Shown here piece after piece: positions 14,401 to 30,649 of a stretch of 64,000 nucleotides of DNA. The notes beneath the pieces were generated by a model that searched no databases, was not told the origin of the DNA, and saw only the letters and a program-made list of their open reading frames with translations. Numbering within the stretch: the first letter of the stretch is position 1; each line of letters starts with the position of its first letter. The stretch lies in contig OZ024741.1 in NCBI GenBank assembly GCA_964016885.1, positions 25,048,001 through 25,112,000 on the forward strand, read 5' to 3'. The position numbers and the translations under genes were made by a program. This DNA comes from Eledone cirrhosa. Taxonomy: Eukaryota.

Positions 14401-17400
14401 TAGAAATATGGTAATGCAAGCGTTAAACAACATAGACAGTGTCTTCTATTAGAAATATGGTAATGAAAGGGTTAAACAACATAGACAGTGTCTTTTATTA
14501 GAAATATGGTAATGAAAGGGTTTAACAACATATACAGTATCTTTTATTAGAAATGTGGTAATGAAAGGGTTAAACAACATAGACAGTGTCTTTTATTAGA
14601 AATATGTTAATGAAAGGGTTAAACAACATAGACAGTGTCTCTTATTAGAAATATGATAATGAAAGGGTTAAACAACATAGATAGTGTCTTTCATTAGAAA
14701 TATGGTAATGAAAGGGTTAAACAACATAGGCAATGTCTTCTATTAGAAATATGATAATGAAAGGGTTAAACAACATAGACAGTTTCGTTTATTAGAAATA
14801 TGGTAATGAAAGGGTTAAACAACATAGACAGTGTCTTTTATTAGAAATATGGTAATGAAAGGGTTAAACAACATAGACAGTGTCTTTTATTAGAAATATG
14901 GTAATGAAAGGGTTTAACAACATAGACAGTGTCTTTTATTACAAATATGGTAATGAAAGGGTTTAACAACATAAACAGTATCTTTTATTAGAAATATGAT
15001 AATGAAAGGGTTAAGTAACATAGACAGTGTGTTTTATTAGAAATATGATAATGAAAGGGTTAAACAACATAGACAGTGTCTTTTATTAGAAATATGGTAA
15101 TGAAAGTGTTAAACAACATAGACAGTGTCTTTTATTAGAAATGTGGTAATGAAAGTGTTAAACAAAATAAACAGTGTCTTTTATTAGAAATGTGGTAATG
15201 AAAGGGTTAAACAACATAGACAGTCTCTTACATTAGAAATATGGTAACGAAAGGGTTAAACAACATAGACAGTGTCTTTTATTAGAAATATGGTAATGCA
15301 AGCGTTAAACAACATAGACAGTGTCTTTTATTAGAAATATGGTAATGAAAGGGTTAAACAACATAGACAGTGTCTTTTATTAGAAATATGGTAATGAAAG
15401 GGTTTAACAACATATACAGTATCTTTTATTAGAAATGTGGTAATGAAAGGGTTAAACAACATAGACAGTGTCTTTTATTAGAAATATGTTAATGAAAGGG
15501 TTAAACAACATAGACAGTGTCTTTTATTAGAAATATGATAATGAAAGGGTTAAACAACATAGATAGTGTCTTTCATTAGAAATATGGTAATGAAAGGGTT
15601 AAACAACATAGGCAATGTCTTCTATTAGAAATATGATAATGAAAGGGTTAAACAACATAGACAGTTTCGTTTATTAGAAATATGGTAATGAAAGGGTTAA
15701 ACAACATAGACAGTGTCTTTTATTAGAAATATGGTAATGAAAGGGTTAAACAACATAGAAAGTGTCTTTTATTAGAAATATGGTAATGAAAGGGTTAAAC
15801 AACATAGATAGTGTGTTTTATTAGAAATATGGTAATGAAAGGGTTAAACAACATAGACAGTGTCTTTTATTAGAAATATGGTAATGCAAGAGTTAAACAA
15901 CATAGACAGTGTCTTTTATTAGAAATATGGTAATGAAAGGGTTAAACAACATAGATAGTGTCTTTCATTAGAAATATGGTAATGAAAGGGTTAAATTACA
16001 TAGGCAGTGTCTTCTATTAGAAATATGATAATGAAAGGGTTAAACAACATAGACAGTGTCTTTTATTAGAAATATGGTAATGAAAGTGTTAAACAACATA
16101 GACAGTGTCTTTTATTAGAAATATGGTAATGAAAGTGTTAAACAACATAGACAGTGTCTTTTATTAGAAATGTGGTAATGAATGTGTTAAACAACATAGA
16201 CAGTATCTTTTATTAGAAATGTGGTAATGAAAGGGTTAAACAACATAGACAGTGTCTTTTATTAGAAATGTGGTAATGAAAGGGTTAAACAACATAGACA
16301 GTGTCTTTTATTAGAAATATGGTAATGAAAGATTTAAACAACATAGACAGTGTGTTTTATTAGAAATATGGTAATGAAAGGGTTAAACAACATGGACAGT
16401 GTCTTTTATTAGAAATATGATAATGAAAGGGTTAAAAAACATAGACAGTGTCTTGTATTAGAAATATGGTAATGAAAGGGTTAAACAACATAGACAGTGT
16501 CTTTTATTAGAAATATGGTAATGAAAGGGTTAAACAACATAGACAGTGTCTTTTATTAGAAATTTGGTAATGAAAGGGTTAAACAACATAGACAATGTCT
16601 TTTATTAGAAATATGGTAATGAAAGGGTTAAACAACATAGACAGTGTCTTTTATTAGAAATATGGTAATGAAAGGGTTAAACAACATAGACAGTGTCTTT
16701 TATTGGAAATATGATAATGAAAGGGTTAAACAACATAGACAGTGTCTTTTATTAGAAATATGGTAATGAAAGGGTTAAACAACATGGACAGTGTCTTTTA
16801 TTAGAAATATGGTAATGAAAGGGTTAAACAACATAGACAGTGTCTTTTATTAGAAATATGATAATGAAAGGGTTAAACAACATAGACAGTGTCTTTTATT
16901 AGATATAGGGTAATGAAAGGGTTAAACAACATAGACAGTGTCTTTTTTTAGAAATATGGTAATGAAAGGATTAAACAACATAGACAGTGTCTTTTATTAG
17001 AAATATGGTAATGAAAGGGTTTAACAACATAAACAGTATCTTTTATTAGAAATGTGGTAATGAAAGGGTTAAACAACATAGACAGTGTCTTTTATTAGAA
17101 ATATGATAATGAAACGGTTAAACAACATAGACAGTGTCTTTTATTAGAAATATGGTAATGAAAGGGTTAAACAACATAGACAGTGTTTTTTATTAGAAAT
17201 ATGGTAATGAAAGGTTTAAACAACATAGACAGTGTCTTTTATTAGAAATATGGTAATGAAAGCGTTAAACAACATAGACAGTGTCTTTTATTAGAAATAT
17301 GGTAATGAAAGGGTTACACAACATAGACAGTGTCTTTTATTAGAAATATGGTAATGAAAGGGTTAAACAACATAGACAGTGTCTTTTATTAGAAATATGG

Positions 17401-20400
17401 TAATGAAAGGGTTAAAAACATAGACAGTGTCTTTTATTAGAAATATGATAATGAAAGGGTTAAACAACATAGACAGTGTCTTTTATTAGAAATATGGTAA
17501 TGAAAGGGTTAAACAACATAGACAGTGTCTTTTATTAGAAATAGGGTAATGAAAGGGTTAAACAACATAGACAGTGTCTTTTATTAGAAATATGATAATG
17601 AAAGGGTTAAACAACATAGACAGTGTCTTTTATTAGAAATATGGTAATGAAAGGGTTAAACAACATAGATAGTGTCTTTTATTAGAAATATGGTAATGAA
17701 AGGGTTAAACAACATAGACAGTGTCTTTCATTAGAAATATGGTAATGAAAGGGTTAAATTACATAGGCAGTGTCTTCTATTAGAAATATGATAATGAAAG
17801 GGTTAAACAACATAGACAGTGTCTTTTATTAGAAATATGGTAATGAAAGTGTTAAACAACATAGACAGTGTCTTTTATTAGAAATGTGGTAATGAAAGTG
17901 TTAAACAACATAGACAGTATCTTTTATTAGAAATGTGGTAATGAAAGGGTTAAACAACATAGACAGTGTCTTTTATTAGAAATGTGGTAATGAAAGGGTT
18001 AAACAACATAGACAGTGTCTTTTATTAGAAATATGGTAATGAAAGGGTTAAACAACATAGACAGTGTCTTTTATTAGAAATATGGTAATGAAAGGGTTAA
18101 ACAACATAGACAGTGTCTTTTATTAGAAATATGGTAATGAAAGGGTTAAACAACATAGACAGTGTCTTTTATTAGAAATATGATAATGAAAGGGTTAAAC
18201 AACATAGACAGTGTCTTTTATTAGAAATATGGTAATGAAAGGGTTAAACAACATAGACAGTGTCTTTTATTAGAAATAGGGTAATGAAAGGGTTAAACAA
18301 CATAGACAGTGTCTTTTATTAGAAATATGATAATGAAAGGGTTAAACAACATAGACAGTGTCTTTTATTAGAAATATGATAATGAAAGGGTTAAACAACA
18401 TAGACAGTGTCTTTTATTAGAAATATGGTAATGAAAGGGTTAAACAACATAGACAGTGTCTTTTATTAGAAATATGGTAATGAAAGGGTTAAACAACATA
18501 GATAGTGTCTTTTATTAGAAATATGGTAATGAAAGGGTTAAACAACATAGACAGTGTCTTTTATTAGAAATATGGTAATGAAAGGGTTAAACAACATAGA
18601 CAGTGTCTTTTATTAGAAATATGGTAATGAAAGGGTTAAACAACATAGACAGTGTCTTTTATTAGAAATATGGTAATGAAAGGGTTAAACAACATAGACA
18701 GTGTCTTTTATTAGAAATATGGTAATGAAAGGGTTAAACAACATAGACAGTGTCTTTTATTAGAAATATGGTAATGCAAGAGTTAAACAACATAGACAGT
18801 GTCTTTTATTAGAAATATGGTAATGAAAGGGTTAAACAACATAGATAGTGTCTTTCATTAGAAATATGGTAATGAAAGGGTTAAATTACATAGGCAGTGT
18901 CTTCTATTAGAAATATGATAATGAAAGGGTTAAACAACATAGACAGTGTCTTTTATTAGAAATATGGTAATGAAAGTGTTAAACAACATAGACAGTGTCT
19001 TTTATTAGAAATATGGTAATGAAAGTGTTAAACAACATAGACAGTGTCTTTTATTAGAAATATGGTAATGAAAGTGTTAAACAACATAGACAGTGTCTTT
19101 TATTAGAAATATGGTAATGAAAGGGTTAAACAACATAGACAGTGTCTTCTATTAGAAATATGATAATGAAAGGGTTAAACAACATAGACAGTGTCTTTTA
19201 TTAGAAATATGGCAATGCAAGGGTTAAACAACATAGACAGTGTGTTTTATTAGAAATATGACAATGAAAGGGTTAAATAACATAGACAGTGTCTTTTATT
19301 AGAAATATGGTAATGAAAGGGTTAAACGACATAGACAGTGTCTTTTATTAGAAATAGGGTAATGAAAGGGTTAAACAACATAGACAGTGTCTTTTATTAG
19401 AAATATGATAATGAAAGGGTTAAACAACATAGACAGTGTCTTTTATTAGAAATATGATAATGAAAGGGTTAAACAACATAGAAAGTGTCTTTTATTAGAA
19501 ATAGGGTAATGAAAGGGTTAAACAACATAGACAGTGTCATTTATTAGAAATATGATAATGAAAGGGTTAAACAACATAGACAGTGTATTTTATTAGAAAT
19601 ATGATAATGAAAGGGTTAAACGAAATAGACAGTGTCGTTTATTAGAAATAGGGTAATGAAAGGGTTAAACAACATAGACAGTGTCTTTTATTAGAAACAT
19701 CATAATGAGAGGGTTAAACAACATAGACAGTGTCTTTTATTAGAAATATGATAATGAAAGGGTTAAACAATATAGACAGTGTCTTTTATTAGAAATAGGG
19801 TAATGAAAGGGTTAAACAACATAGACAGTGTCTTTTATTAGAAATATGTTAATGAAAGGGTTTAACAACATAGACAGTGTCTTTTATTAGAAATATGATA
19901 ATGAAAGGGTTAAACAACATAGATAGTGTCTTTCATTAGAAATATGGTAATGAAAGGATTAAACAACATAGGCAATGTCTTCTATTAGAAATATGATAAT
20001 GAAAGGGTTAAACAACATAGACAGTTTTGTTTATTAGAAATATGGTAATGAAAGGGTTAAACAACATAGACAGTGTCTTTTATTACAAATATGGTAATGA
20101 AAGGGTTGAACAACATAGTCAGTGTCTTTTATTAGAAATATGGTAATGAAAGGGTAAAACAACATAGACAGTGTCTTTTATTAGAAATATGGTAATGAAA
20201 GTGTTAAACAACATAGACAGTGTCTTTTATTAGAAATGTGGGAATGAAAGTGTTAAACAAAATAGACAGTGTCTTTTATTAGAAATGTGGTAATGAAAGG
20301 GTTAAACAACATAGACTGTCTCTTACATTAGAAATATGGTAATGAAAGGGTTAAACAACATAGACAGTGTCTTTTATTAGAAATATGGTAATGCAAGCGT

Positions 20401-20753
20401 TAAACAACATAGACAGTGTCTTCTATTAGAAATATGGTAATGAAAGGGTTAAACAACATAGACAGTGTCTTTTATTAGAAATATGGTAATGAAAGGGTTT
20501 AACAACATATACAGTATCTTTTATTAGAAATGTGGTAATGAAAGGGTTAAACAACATAGACAGTGTCTTTTATTAGAAATATGTTAATGAAAGGGTTAAA
20601 CAACATAGACAGTGTCTCTTATTAGAAATATGATAATGAAAGGGTTAAACAACATAGATAGTGTCTTTCATTAGAAATATGGTAATGAAAGGGTTAAACA
20701 ACATAGACAGTGTCTTTTATTAGAAATATGGTAATGAAAGGGTTAAAGAACAT
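5430..20753. repeat. Higher-order duplication in satellite: about 6.7-kb block repeated at an 8,623-bp offset
   Basis: Rare variants recur at exactly +8623: GTAACG 6625/15248, GAATGTG 7560/16183, 48-bp monomer 8791/17414, GGCAATGC 10590/19213, AAAGAAC 12125/20748. 8623 = 176x49-1. Block ends are approximate. Confidence 0.9.
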
Positions 20754-23700
20754 AGACAGTGTCTTTTATTAGAAATATGGTAATGAAAGGGTTAAACAAC
20801 ATAGACAGTGTCTTTTATTAGAAATATGGTAATGAAAGGGTTAAACAACATAGACAGTGTCTTTTATTAGAAATATGGTAATGAAAGGGTTAAACAACAT
20901 AGACAGTGTCTTTTATTAGAAATATGGTAATGAAAGGGTTAAACAACATAGACAGTGTCTTTTATTAGAAATATGGTAATGAAAGGGTTAAACAACATAG
21001 ACAGTGTCTTTTATTAGAAATATGATAATGAAAGGGTTAAACAACATAGACAGTGTCTTTTATTAGAAATATGGTAATGAAAGGGTTAAACAACATAGAC
21101 AGTGTCTTTTATTAGAAATAGGGTAATGAAAGGGTTAAACAACATAGACAGTGTCTTTTATTAGAAATATGATAATGAAAGGGTTAAACAACATAGACAG
21201 TGTCTTTTATTAGAAATATGGTAATGAAAGGGTTAAACAACATAGACAGTGTCTTTTATTAGAAATATGGTAATGAAAGGGTTAAAGAACATAGACAGTG
21301 TCTTTTATTAGAAATATGGTAATGAAAGGGTTAAACAACATAGACAGTGTCTTTTATTAGAAATATGGTAATGAAAGGGTTAAACAACATAGACAGTGTC
21401 TTTTATTAGAAATATGGTAATGAAAGGGTTAAACAACATAGACAGTGTCTTTTATTAGAAATATGGTAATGAAAGGGTTAAACAACATAGACAGTGTCTT
21501 TTATTAGAAATATGGTAATGAAAGGGTTAAACAACATAGACAGTGTCTTTTATTAGAAATAGGGTAATGAAAGGGTTAAACAACATAGACAGTGTCTTTT
21601 ATTAGAAATATGATAATGAAAGGGTTAAACAACATAGACAGTGTCTTTTATTAGAAATATGATAATGAAAGGGTTAAACAACATAGACAGTGTCTTTTAT
21701 TAGAAATATGGTAATGAAAGGGTTAAACAACATAGACAGTGTCTTTTATTAGAAATATGGTAATGAAAGGGTTAAACAACATAGATAGTGTCTTTTATTA
21801 GAAATATGGTAATGAAAGGGTTAAACAACATAGACAGTGTCTTTTATTAGAAATATGGTAATGAAAGGGTTAAACAACATAGACAGTGTCTTTTATTAGA
21901 AATATGGTAATGAAAGGGTTAAACAACATAGACAGTGTCTTTTATTAGAAATATGGTAATGAAAGGGTTAAACAACATAGACAGTGTCTTTTATTAGAAA
22001 TATGGTAATGAAAGGGTTAAACAACATAGACAGTGTCTTTTATTAGAAATATGGTAATGCAAGAGTTAAACAACATAGACAGTGTCTTTTATTAGAAATA
22101 TGGTAATGAAAGGGTTAAACAACATAGATAGTGTCTTTCATTAGAAATATGGTAATGAAAGGGTTAAATTACATAGGCAGTGTCTTCTATTAGAAATATG
22201 ATAATGAAAGGGTTAAACAACATAGACAGTGTCTTTTATTAGAAATATGGTAATGAAAGTGTTAAACAACATAGACAGTGTCTTTTATTAGAAATATGGT
22301 AATGAAAGTGTTAAACAACATAGACAGTGTCTTTTATTAGAAATATGGTAATGAAAGTGTTAAACAACATAGACAGTGTCTTTTATTAGAAATATGGTAA
22401 TGAAAGGGTTAAACAACATAGACAGTGTCTTCTATTAGAAATATGATAATGAAAGGGTTAAACAACATAGACAGTGTCTTTTATTAGAAATATGGCAATG
22501 CAAGGGTTAAACAACATAGACAGTGTGTTTTATTAGAAATATGACAATGAAAGGGTTAAATAACATAGACAGTGTCTTTTATTAGAAATATGGTAATGAA
22601 AGGGTTAAACGACATAGACAGTGTCTTTTATTAGAAATAGGGTAATGAAAGGGTTAAACAACATAGACAGTGTCTTTTATTAGAAATATGATAATGAAAG
22701 GGTTAAACAACATAGACAGTGTCTTTTATTAGAAATATGATAATGAAAGGGTTAAACAACATAGAAAGTGTCTTTTATTAGAAATAGGGTAATGAAAGGG
22801 TTAAACAACATAGACAGTGTCATTTATTAGAAATATGATAATGAAAGGGTTAAACAACATAGACAGTGTATTTTATTAGAAATATGATAATGAAAGGGTT
22901 AAACGAAATAGACAGTGTCGTTTATTAGAAATAGGGTAATGAAAGGGTTAAACAACATAGACAGTGTCTTTTATTAGAAACATCATAATGAGAGGGTTAA
23001 ACAACATAGACAGTGTCTTTTATTAGAAATATGATAATGAAAGGGTTAAACAATATAGACAGTGTCTTTTATTAGAAATAGGGTAATGAAAGGGTTAAAC
23101 AACATAGACAGTGTCTTTTATTAGAAATATGTTAATGAAAGGGTTTAACAACATAGACAGTGTCTTTTATTAGAAATATGATAATGAAAGGGTTAAACAA
23201 CATAGATAGTGTCTTTCATTAGAAATATGGTAATGAAAGGATTAAACAACATAGGCAATGTCTTCTATTAGAAATATGATAATGAAAGGGTTAAACAACA
23301 TAGACAGTTTTGTTTATTAGAAATATGGTAATGAAAGGGTTAAACAACATAGACAGTGTCTTTTATTACAAATATGGTAATGAAAGGGTTGAACAACATA
23401 GTCAGTGTCTTTTATTAGAAATATGGTAATGAAAGGGTAAAACAACATAGACAGTGTCTTTTATTAGAAATATGGTAATGAAAGTGTTAAACAACATAGA
23501 CAGTGTCTTTTATTAGAAATGTGGGAATGAAAGTGTTAAACAAAATAGACAGTGTCTTTTATTAGAAATGTGGTAATGAAAGGGTTAAACAACATAGACT
23601 GTCTCTTACATTAGAAATATGGTAATGAAAGGGTTAAACAACATAGACAGTGTCTTTTATTAGAAATATGGTAATGCAAGCGTTAAACAACATAGACAGT

Positions 23701-26700
23701 GTCTTCTATTAGAAATATGGTAATGAAAGGGTTAAACAACTTAGACAGTGTCTTTTATTAGAAATATGGTAATGAAAGGGTTTAACAACATATACAGTAT
23801 CTTTTATTAGAAATGTGGTAATGAAAGGGTTAAACAACATAGACAGTGTCTTTTATTAGAAATATGTTAATGAAAGGGTTAAACAACATAGACAGTGTCT
23901 CTTATTAGAAATATGATAATGAAAGGGTTAAACAACATAGATAGTGTCTTTCATTAGAAATATGGTAATGAAAGGGTTAAACAACATAGACAGTGTCTTT
24001 TATTAGAAATATGGTAATGAAAGGGTTAAAGAACATAGACAGTGTCTTTTATTAGAAATATGGTAATGAAAGGGTTAAACAACATAGACAGTTTCGTTTA
24101 TTAGAAATATGGTAATGAAAGGGTTAAACAACATAGACAGTGTCTTTTATTAGAAATATGGTAATGAAAGGGTTAAACAACATAGACAGTATCTTTTATT
24201 AGAAATATGGTAATGAAAGGGTTTAACAACATAGACAGTGTCTTTTATTAGAAATATGGTAATGAAAGGGTTTAACAACATAAACAGTATCTTTTATTAG
24301 AAATATGATAATGAAAGGGTTAAACAACATAGGCAGTGTCTTCTATTAGAAATATGATAATGAAAGGGTTAAGTAACATAGACAGTGTGTTTTATTAGAA
24401 ATATGATAATGAAAGGGTTAAACAACATAGACAGTGTCTTTTATTAGAAATATGGTAATGAAAGTGTTAAACAACATAGACAGTGTCTTTTATTAGAAAT
24501 GTGGTAATGAAAGTGTTAAACAAAATAGACAGTGTCTTTTATTAGAAATGTGGTAATGAAAGGGTTAAACAACATAGACAGTCTCTTACATTAGAAATAT
24601 GGTAATGAAAGGATTAAACAACATAGACAGTGTCTTCTATTAGAAATATGGTAATGCAAGCGTTAAACAACATAGACAGTGTCTTTTATTAGAAATATGG
24701 TAATGAAAGGGTTAAACAACATAGACAGTGTCTTTTATTAGAAATATGGTAATGAAAGGGTTTAACAACATATACAGTATCTTTTATTAGAAATGTGGTA
24801 ATGAAAGGGTTAAACAACATAGACACTGTCTTTTATTAGAAATATGTTAATGAAAGGGTTAAACAACATAGACAGTGTCTTTTATTAGAAATATGATAAT
24901 GAAAGGGTTAAACAACATAGATAGTGTCTTTCATTAGAAATATGGTAATGAAAGGGTTAAACAACATAGGCAATGTCTTCTATTAGAAATATGATAATGA
25001 AAGGGTTAAACAACATAGACAGTTTCGTTTATTAGAAATATGGTAATGAAAGGGTTAAACAACATAGACAGTGTCTTTTATTAGAAATATGGTAATGAAA
25101 GGGTTAAACAACATAGAAAGTGTCTTTTATTAGAAATATGGTAATGAAAGGGTTAAACAACATAGATTGTGTGTTTTATTAGAAATATGGTAATGAAAGG
25201 GTTAAACAACATAGACAGTGTCTTTTATTAGAAATATGGTAATGAAAGGGTTAAAGAACATAGACAGTGTCTTTTATTAGAAATATGGTAATGAAAGGGT
25301 TAAACAACATAGACAGTGTCTTTTATTAGAAAAATGGTAATGAAAGGGTTAAACAACAGAGACAGTGTCTTTTATTAGAAATATGGTAATGAAAGGATTA
25401 AACAACATAGAGAGTGTCTTTTATTAGAAATATGGTAATGAAAGGGTTAAACAACATAGACAGTGTCTTTTATTAGAAATATGGTAATGAAAGGGTTAAA
25501 CAACTTAGACAGTGTCTTTTATTAGAAATATGGTAATGAAAGGGTTAAACAACATAGATAGTGTCTTTCATTAGAAATATGGTAATGAAAGGGTTAAACA
25601 ACATAGGCAATGTCTTCTATTAGAAATATGATAATGAAAGGGTTAAACAACATAGACAGTGTCTTTTATTAGAAGTAGGGTAATGAAAGGGTTAAACAAC
25701 ATAGTGTCTTCTATTAGAAATATGATAATGAAAGGGTTAAACAACATAGACAGTGTCTTTTATTAGAAATATGATAATGAAAGGGTTAAACACCATAGAC
25801 AGTGTCTTTTATAGAAATATGGTAATGATAGGGTTAAACAACATAGACAGTGTCTTTTATTAGATATATGGTAATGAAAGGGTTAAACAACATAGACTGT
25901 GTGTTTTATTAGAAATATGATAATGAAAGTGTTAAACAACATAGATAGTGTCTTTTATTAGAAATATGGTACTGAAAGGGTTAAACAACATAGATAGTGT
26001 CTTTTATTAGAAATATGGTAATGAAAGGGTTAAACAACATAGACAGTATCTTTTATTAGAAATGTGGTAATAAAAGGGTTAAACAACATAGACAGTGTCT
26101 TTTTTTAGAAATATGGTAATGAAAGGGTTAAACAACATAGACAGTGTCTTTTATTAGAAATGTGGTAATGAAAGGGTTTAACAACATATACAGTATCTTT
26201 TATTAGAAATGTGGTAATGAAAGGGTTAAACAACATAGACAGTGTCTTTTATTAGAAATATGTTAATGAAAGGGTTAAACAACATAGACAGTGTCTTTTA
26301 TTAGAAATGTGGTAATGAAAGGGTTAAACAACATAGACAGTGTCTTTTATTACAAATATGATAATGAAAGGGTTAAACAACATAGACAGTGTCTTTTATT
26401 AGAAATATGGTAATGAAAGTGTTAAACAACATAGACAGTGTCTTTTATTAGAAATGTGGTAATGAAAGTGTTAAACAAAATAGACAGTGTCTTTTATTAG
26501 AAATGTGGTAATGAAAGGGTTAAACAACATAGACAGTCTCTTACATTAGAAATATGGTAATGAAAGGGTTAAACAACATAGACAGTGTCTTCTATTAGAA
26601 ATATGGTAATGCAAGCGTTAAACAACATAGACAGTGTCTTTTATTAGAAATATGGTAATGAAAGGGTTAAACAACATAGACAGTGTCTTTTATTAGAAAT

Positions 26701-29700
26701 ATGATAATGAAAGGGTTAAACAACATAGATAGTGTCTTTCATTAGAAATATGGTAATGAAAGGGTTAAACAACATAGGCAATGTCTTCTATTAGAAATAT
26801 GATAATGAAAGGGTTAAACAACATAGACAGTTTCGTTTATTAGAAATATGGTAATGAAAGGGTTAAACAACATAGACAGTGTCTTTTATTAGAAATATGG
26901 TAATGAAAGGGTTAAACAACATAGAAAGTGTCTTTTATTAGAAATATGGTAATGAAAGGGTTAAACAACATAGATAGTGTGTTTTATTAGAAATATGGTA
27001 ATGAAAGGGTTAAACAACATAGACAGTGTCTTTTATTAGAAATATGGTAATGAAAGGATTAAACAACATAGAGAGTGTCTTTTATTAGAAATATGGTAAT
27101 GAAAGGGTTAAACAACATAGACAGTGTCTTTTATTAGAAATATGGTAATGAAAGGGTTAAACAACTTAGACAGTGTCTTTTATTAGAAATATGGTAATGA
27201 AAGGGTTAAACAACATATATAGTGTCTTTCATTAGAAATATGGTAATGAAAGGGTTAAACAACATAGGCAATGTCTTCTATTAGAAATATGATAATGAAA
27301 GGGTTAAACAACATAGACAGTGTCTTTTATTAGAAGTAGGGTAATGAAAGGGTTAAACAACATAGTGTCTTCTATTAGAAATATGATAATGAAAGGGTTA
27401 AACAACATAGACAGTGTCTTTTATTAGAAATATGATAATGAAAGGGTTAAACACCATAGACAGTGTCTTTTATAGAAATATGGTAATGATAGGGTTAAAC
27501 AACATAGACAGTGTCTTTTATTAGATATATGGTAATGAAAGGGTTAAACAACATAGACTGTGTGTTTTATTAGAAATATGATAATGAAAGTGTTAAACAA
27601 CATAGATAGTGTCTTTTATTAGAAATATGGTACTGAAAGGGTTAAACAACATAGATAGTGTCTTTTATTAGAAATATGGTAATGAAAGGGTTAAACAACA
27701 TAGACAGTATCTTTTATTAGAAATGTGGTAATAAAAGGGTTAAACAACATAGACAGTGTCTTTTTTTAGAAATATGGTAATGAAAGGGTTAAACAACATA
27801 GACAGTGTCTTTTATTAGAAATATGATAATGAAAGGGTTAAACAACATAGATAGTGTCTTTCATTAGAAATATGGTAATGAAAGGGTTAAACAACATAGG
27901 CAATGTCTTCTATTAGAAATATGATAATGAAAGGGTTAAACAACATAGACAGTTTCGTTTATTAGAAATATGGTAATGAAAGGGTTAAACAACATAGACA
28001 GTGTCTTTTATTAGAAATATGGTAATGAAAGGGTTAAACAACATAGACAGTGTCTTTTATTAGAAATATGGTAATGAAAGGGTTAAACAACATAGATAGT
28101 GTGTTTTATTAGAAATATGGTAATGAAAGGGTTAAACAACATAGACAGTGTCTTTTATTAGAAATATGGTAATGAAAGGGTTAAAGAACATAGACAGTGT
28201 CTTTTATTAGAAATATGGTAATGAAAGGGTTAAACAACATAGACAGTGTCTTTTATTAGAAATATGGTAATGAAAGGGTTAAACAACAGAGACAGTGTCT
28301 TTTATTAGAAATATGGTAATGAAAGGATTAAACAACATAGAGAGTGTCTTTTATTAGAAATATGGTAATGAAAGGGTTAAACAACATAGACAGTGTCTTT
28401 TATTAGAAATATGGTAATGAAAGGGTTAAACAACTTAGACAGTGTCTTTTATTAGAAATATGGTAATGAAAGGGTTAAACAACATATATAGTGTCTTTCA
28501 TTAGAAATATGGTAATGAAAGGGTTAAACAACATAGGCAATGTCTTCTATTAGAAATATGATAATGAAAGGGTTAAACAACATAGACAGTGTCTTTTATT
28601 AGAAGTAGGGTAATGAAAGGGTTAAACAACATAGTGTCTTCTATTAGAAATATGATAATGAAAGGGTTAAACAACATAGACAGTGTCTTTTATTAGAAAT
28701 ATGATAATGAAAGGGTTAAACACCATAGACAGTGTCTTTTATAGAAATATGGTAATGATAGGGTTAAACAACATAGACAGTGTCTTTTATTAGATATATG
28801 GTAATGAAAGGGTTAAACAACATAGACTGTGTGTTTTATTAGAAATATGATAATGAAAGTGTTAAACAACATAGATAGTGTCTTTTATTAGAAATATGGT
28901 ACTGAAAGGGTTAAACAACATAGATAGTGTCTTTTATTAGAAATATGGTAATGAAAGGGTTAAACAACATAGACAGTATCTTTTATTAGAAATGTGGTAA
29001 TAAAAGGGTTAAACAACATAGACAGTGTCTTTTTTTAGAAATATGGTAATGAAAGGGTTAAACAACATAGACAGTGTATTTTATTAGAAATGTGGTAATG
29101 AAAGGGTTTAACAACATATACAGTATCTTTTATTAGAAATGTGGTAATGAAAGGGTTAAACAACATAGACAGTGTCTTTTATTAGAAATATGTTAATGAA
29201 AGGGTTAAACAACATAGACAGTGTCTTTTATTAGAAATGTGGTAATGAAAGGGTTAAACAACATAGACAGTGTCTTTTATTACAAATATGGTAATGAAAG
29301 GGTTGAACAACATAGACAGTGTCTTTTATTAGAAATATGGTAATGAAAGGGTAAAACAACATAGACAGTGTCTTTTATTAGAAATATGGTAATGAAAGTG
29401 TTAAACAACATAGACAGTGTCTTTTATTAGAAATGTGGGAATGAAAGTTTTAAACAAAATAGACAGTGTCTTTTATTAGAAATGTGGTAATGAAAGGGTT
29501 AAACAACATAGACAGTCTCTTACATTAGAAATATGGTAATGAAAGGGTTAAACAACATAGACAGTGTCTTTTATTAGAAATATGGTAATGCAAGCGTTAA
29601 ACAACATAGACAGTGTCTTCTATTAGAAATATGGTAATGAAAGGGTTAAACAACATAGACAGTGTCTTTTATTAGAAATATGGTAATGAAAGGGTTTAAC

Positions 29701-30649
29701 AACATATACAGTATCTTTTATTAGAAATGTGGTAATGAAAGGGTTAAACAACATAGACAGTGTCTTTTATTAGAAATATGTTAATGAAAGGGTTAAACAA
29801 CATAGACAGTGTCTCTTATTAGAAATATGATAATGAAAGGGTTAAACAACATAGATAGTGTCTTTCATTAGAAATATGGTAATGAAAGGGTTAAACAACA
29901 TAGGCAATGTCTTCTATTAGAAATATGATAATGAAAGGGTTAAACAACATAGACAGTTTCGTTTATTAGAAATATGGTAATGAAAGGGTTAAACAACATA
30001 GACAGTGTCTTTTATTAGAAATATGGTAATGAAAGGGTTTAACAACATAAACAGTATCTTTTATTAGAAATATGATAATGAAAGGGTTAAACAACATAGG
30101 CAGTGTCTTCTATTAGAAATATGATAATGAAAGGGTTAAGTAACATAGACAGTGTGTTTTATTAGAAATATGATAATGAAAGGGTTAAACAACATAGACA
30201 GTGTCTTTTATTAGAAATATGGTAATGAAAGTGTTAAACAACATAGACAGTGTCTTTTATTAGAAATGTGGTAATGAAAGTGTTAAACAAAATAGACAGT
30301 GTCATTTATTAGAAATGTGGTAATGAAAGGGTTAAACAACATAGACAGTCTCTTACATTAGAAATATGGTAATGAAAGGGTTAAACAACATAGACAGTGT
30401 CTTCTATTAGAAATATGGTAATGCAAGCGTTAAACAACATAGACAGTGTCTTTTATTAGAAATATGGTAATGAAAGGGTTAAACAACATAGACAGTGTCT
30501 TTTATTAGAAATATGGTAATGAAAGGGTTTAACAACATATACAGTATCTTTTATTAGAAATGTGGTAATGAAAGGGTTAAACAACATAGACAGTGTCTTT
30601 TATTAGAAATATGTTAATGAAAGGGTTAAACAACATAGACAGTGTCTTT

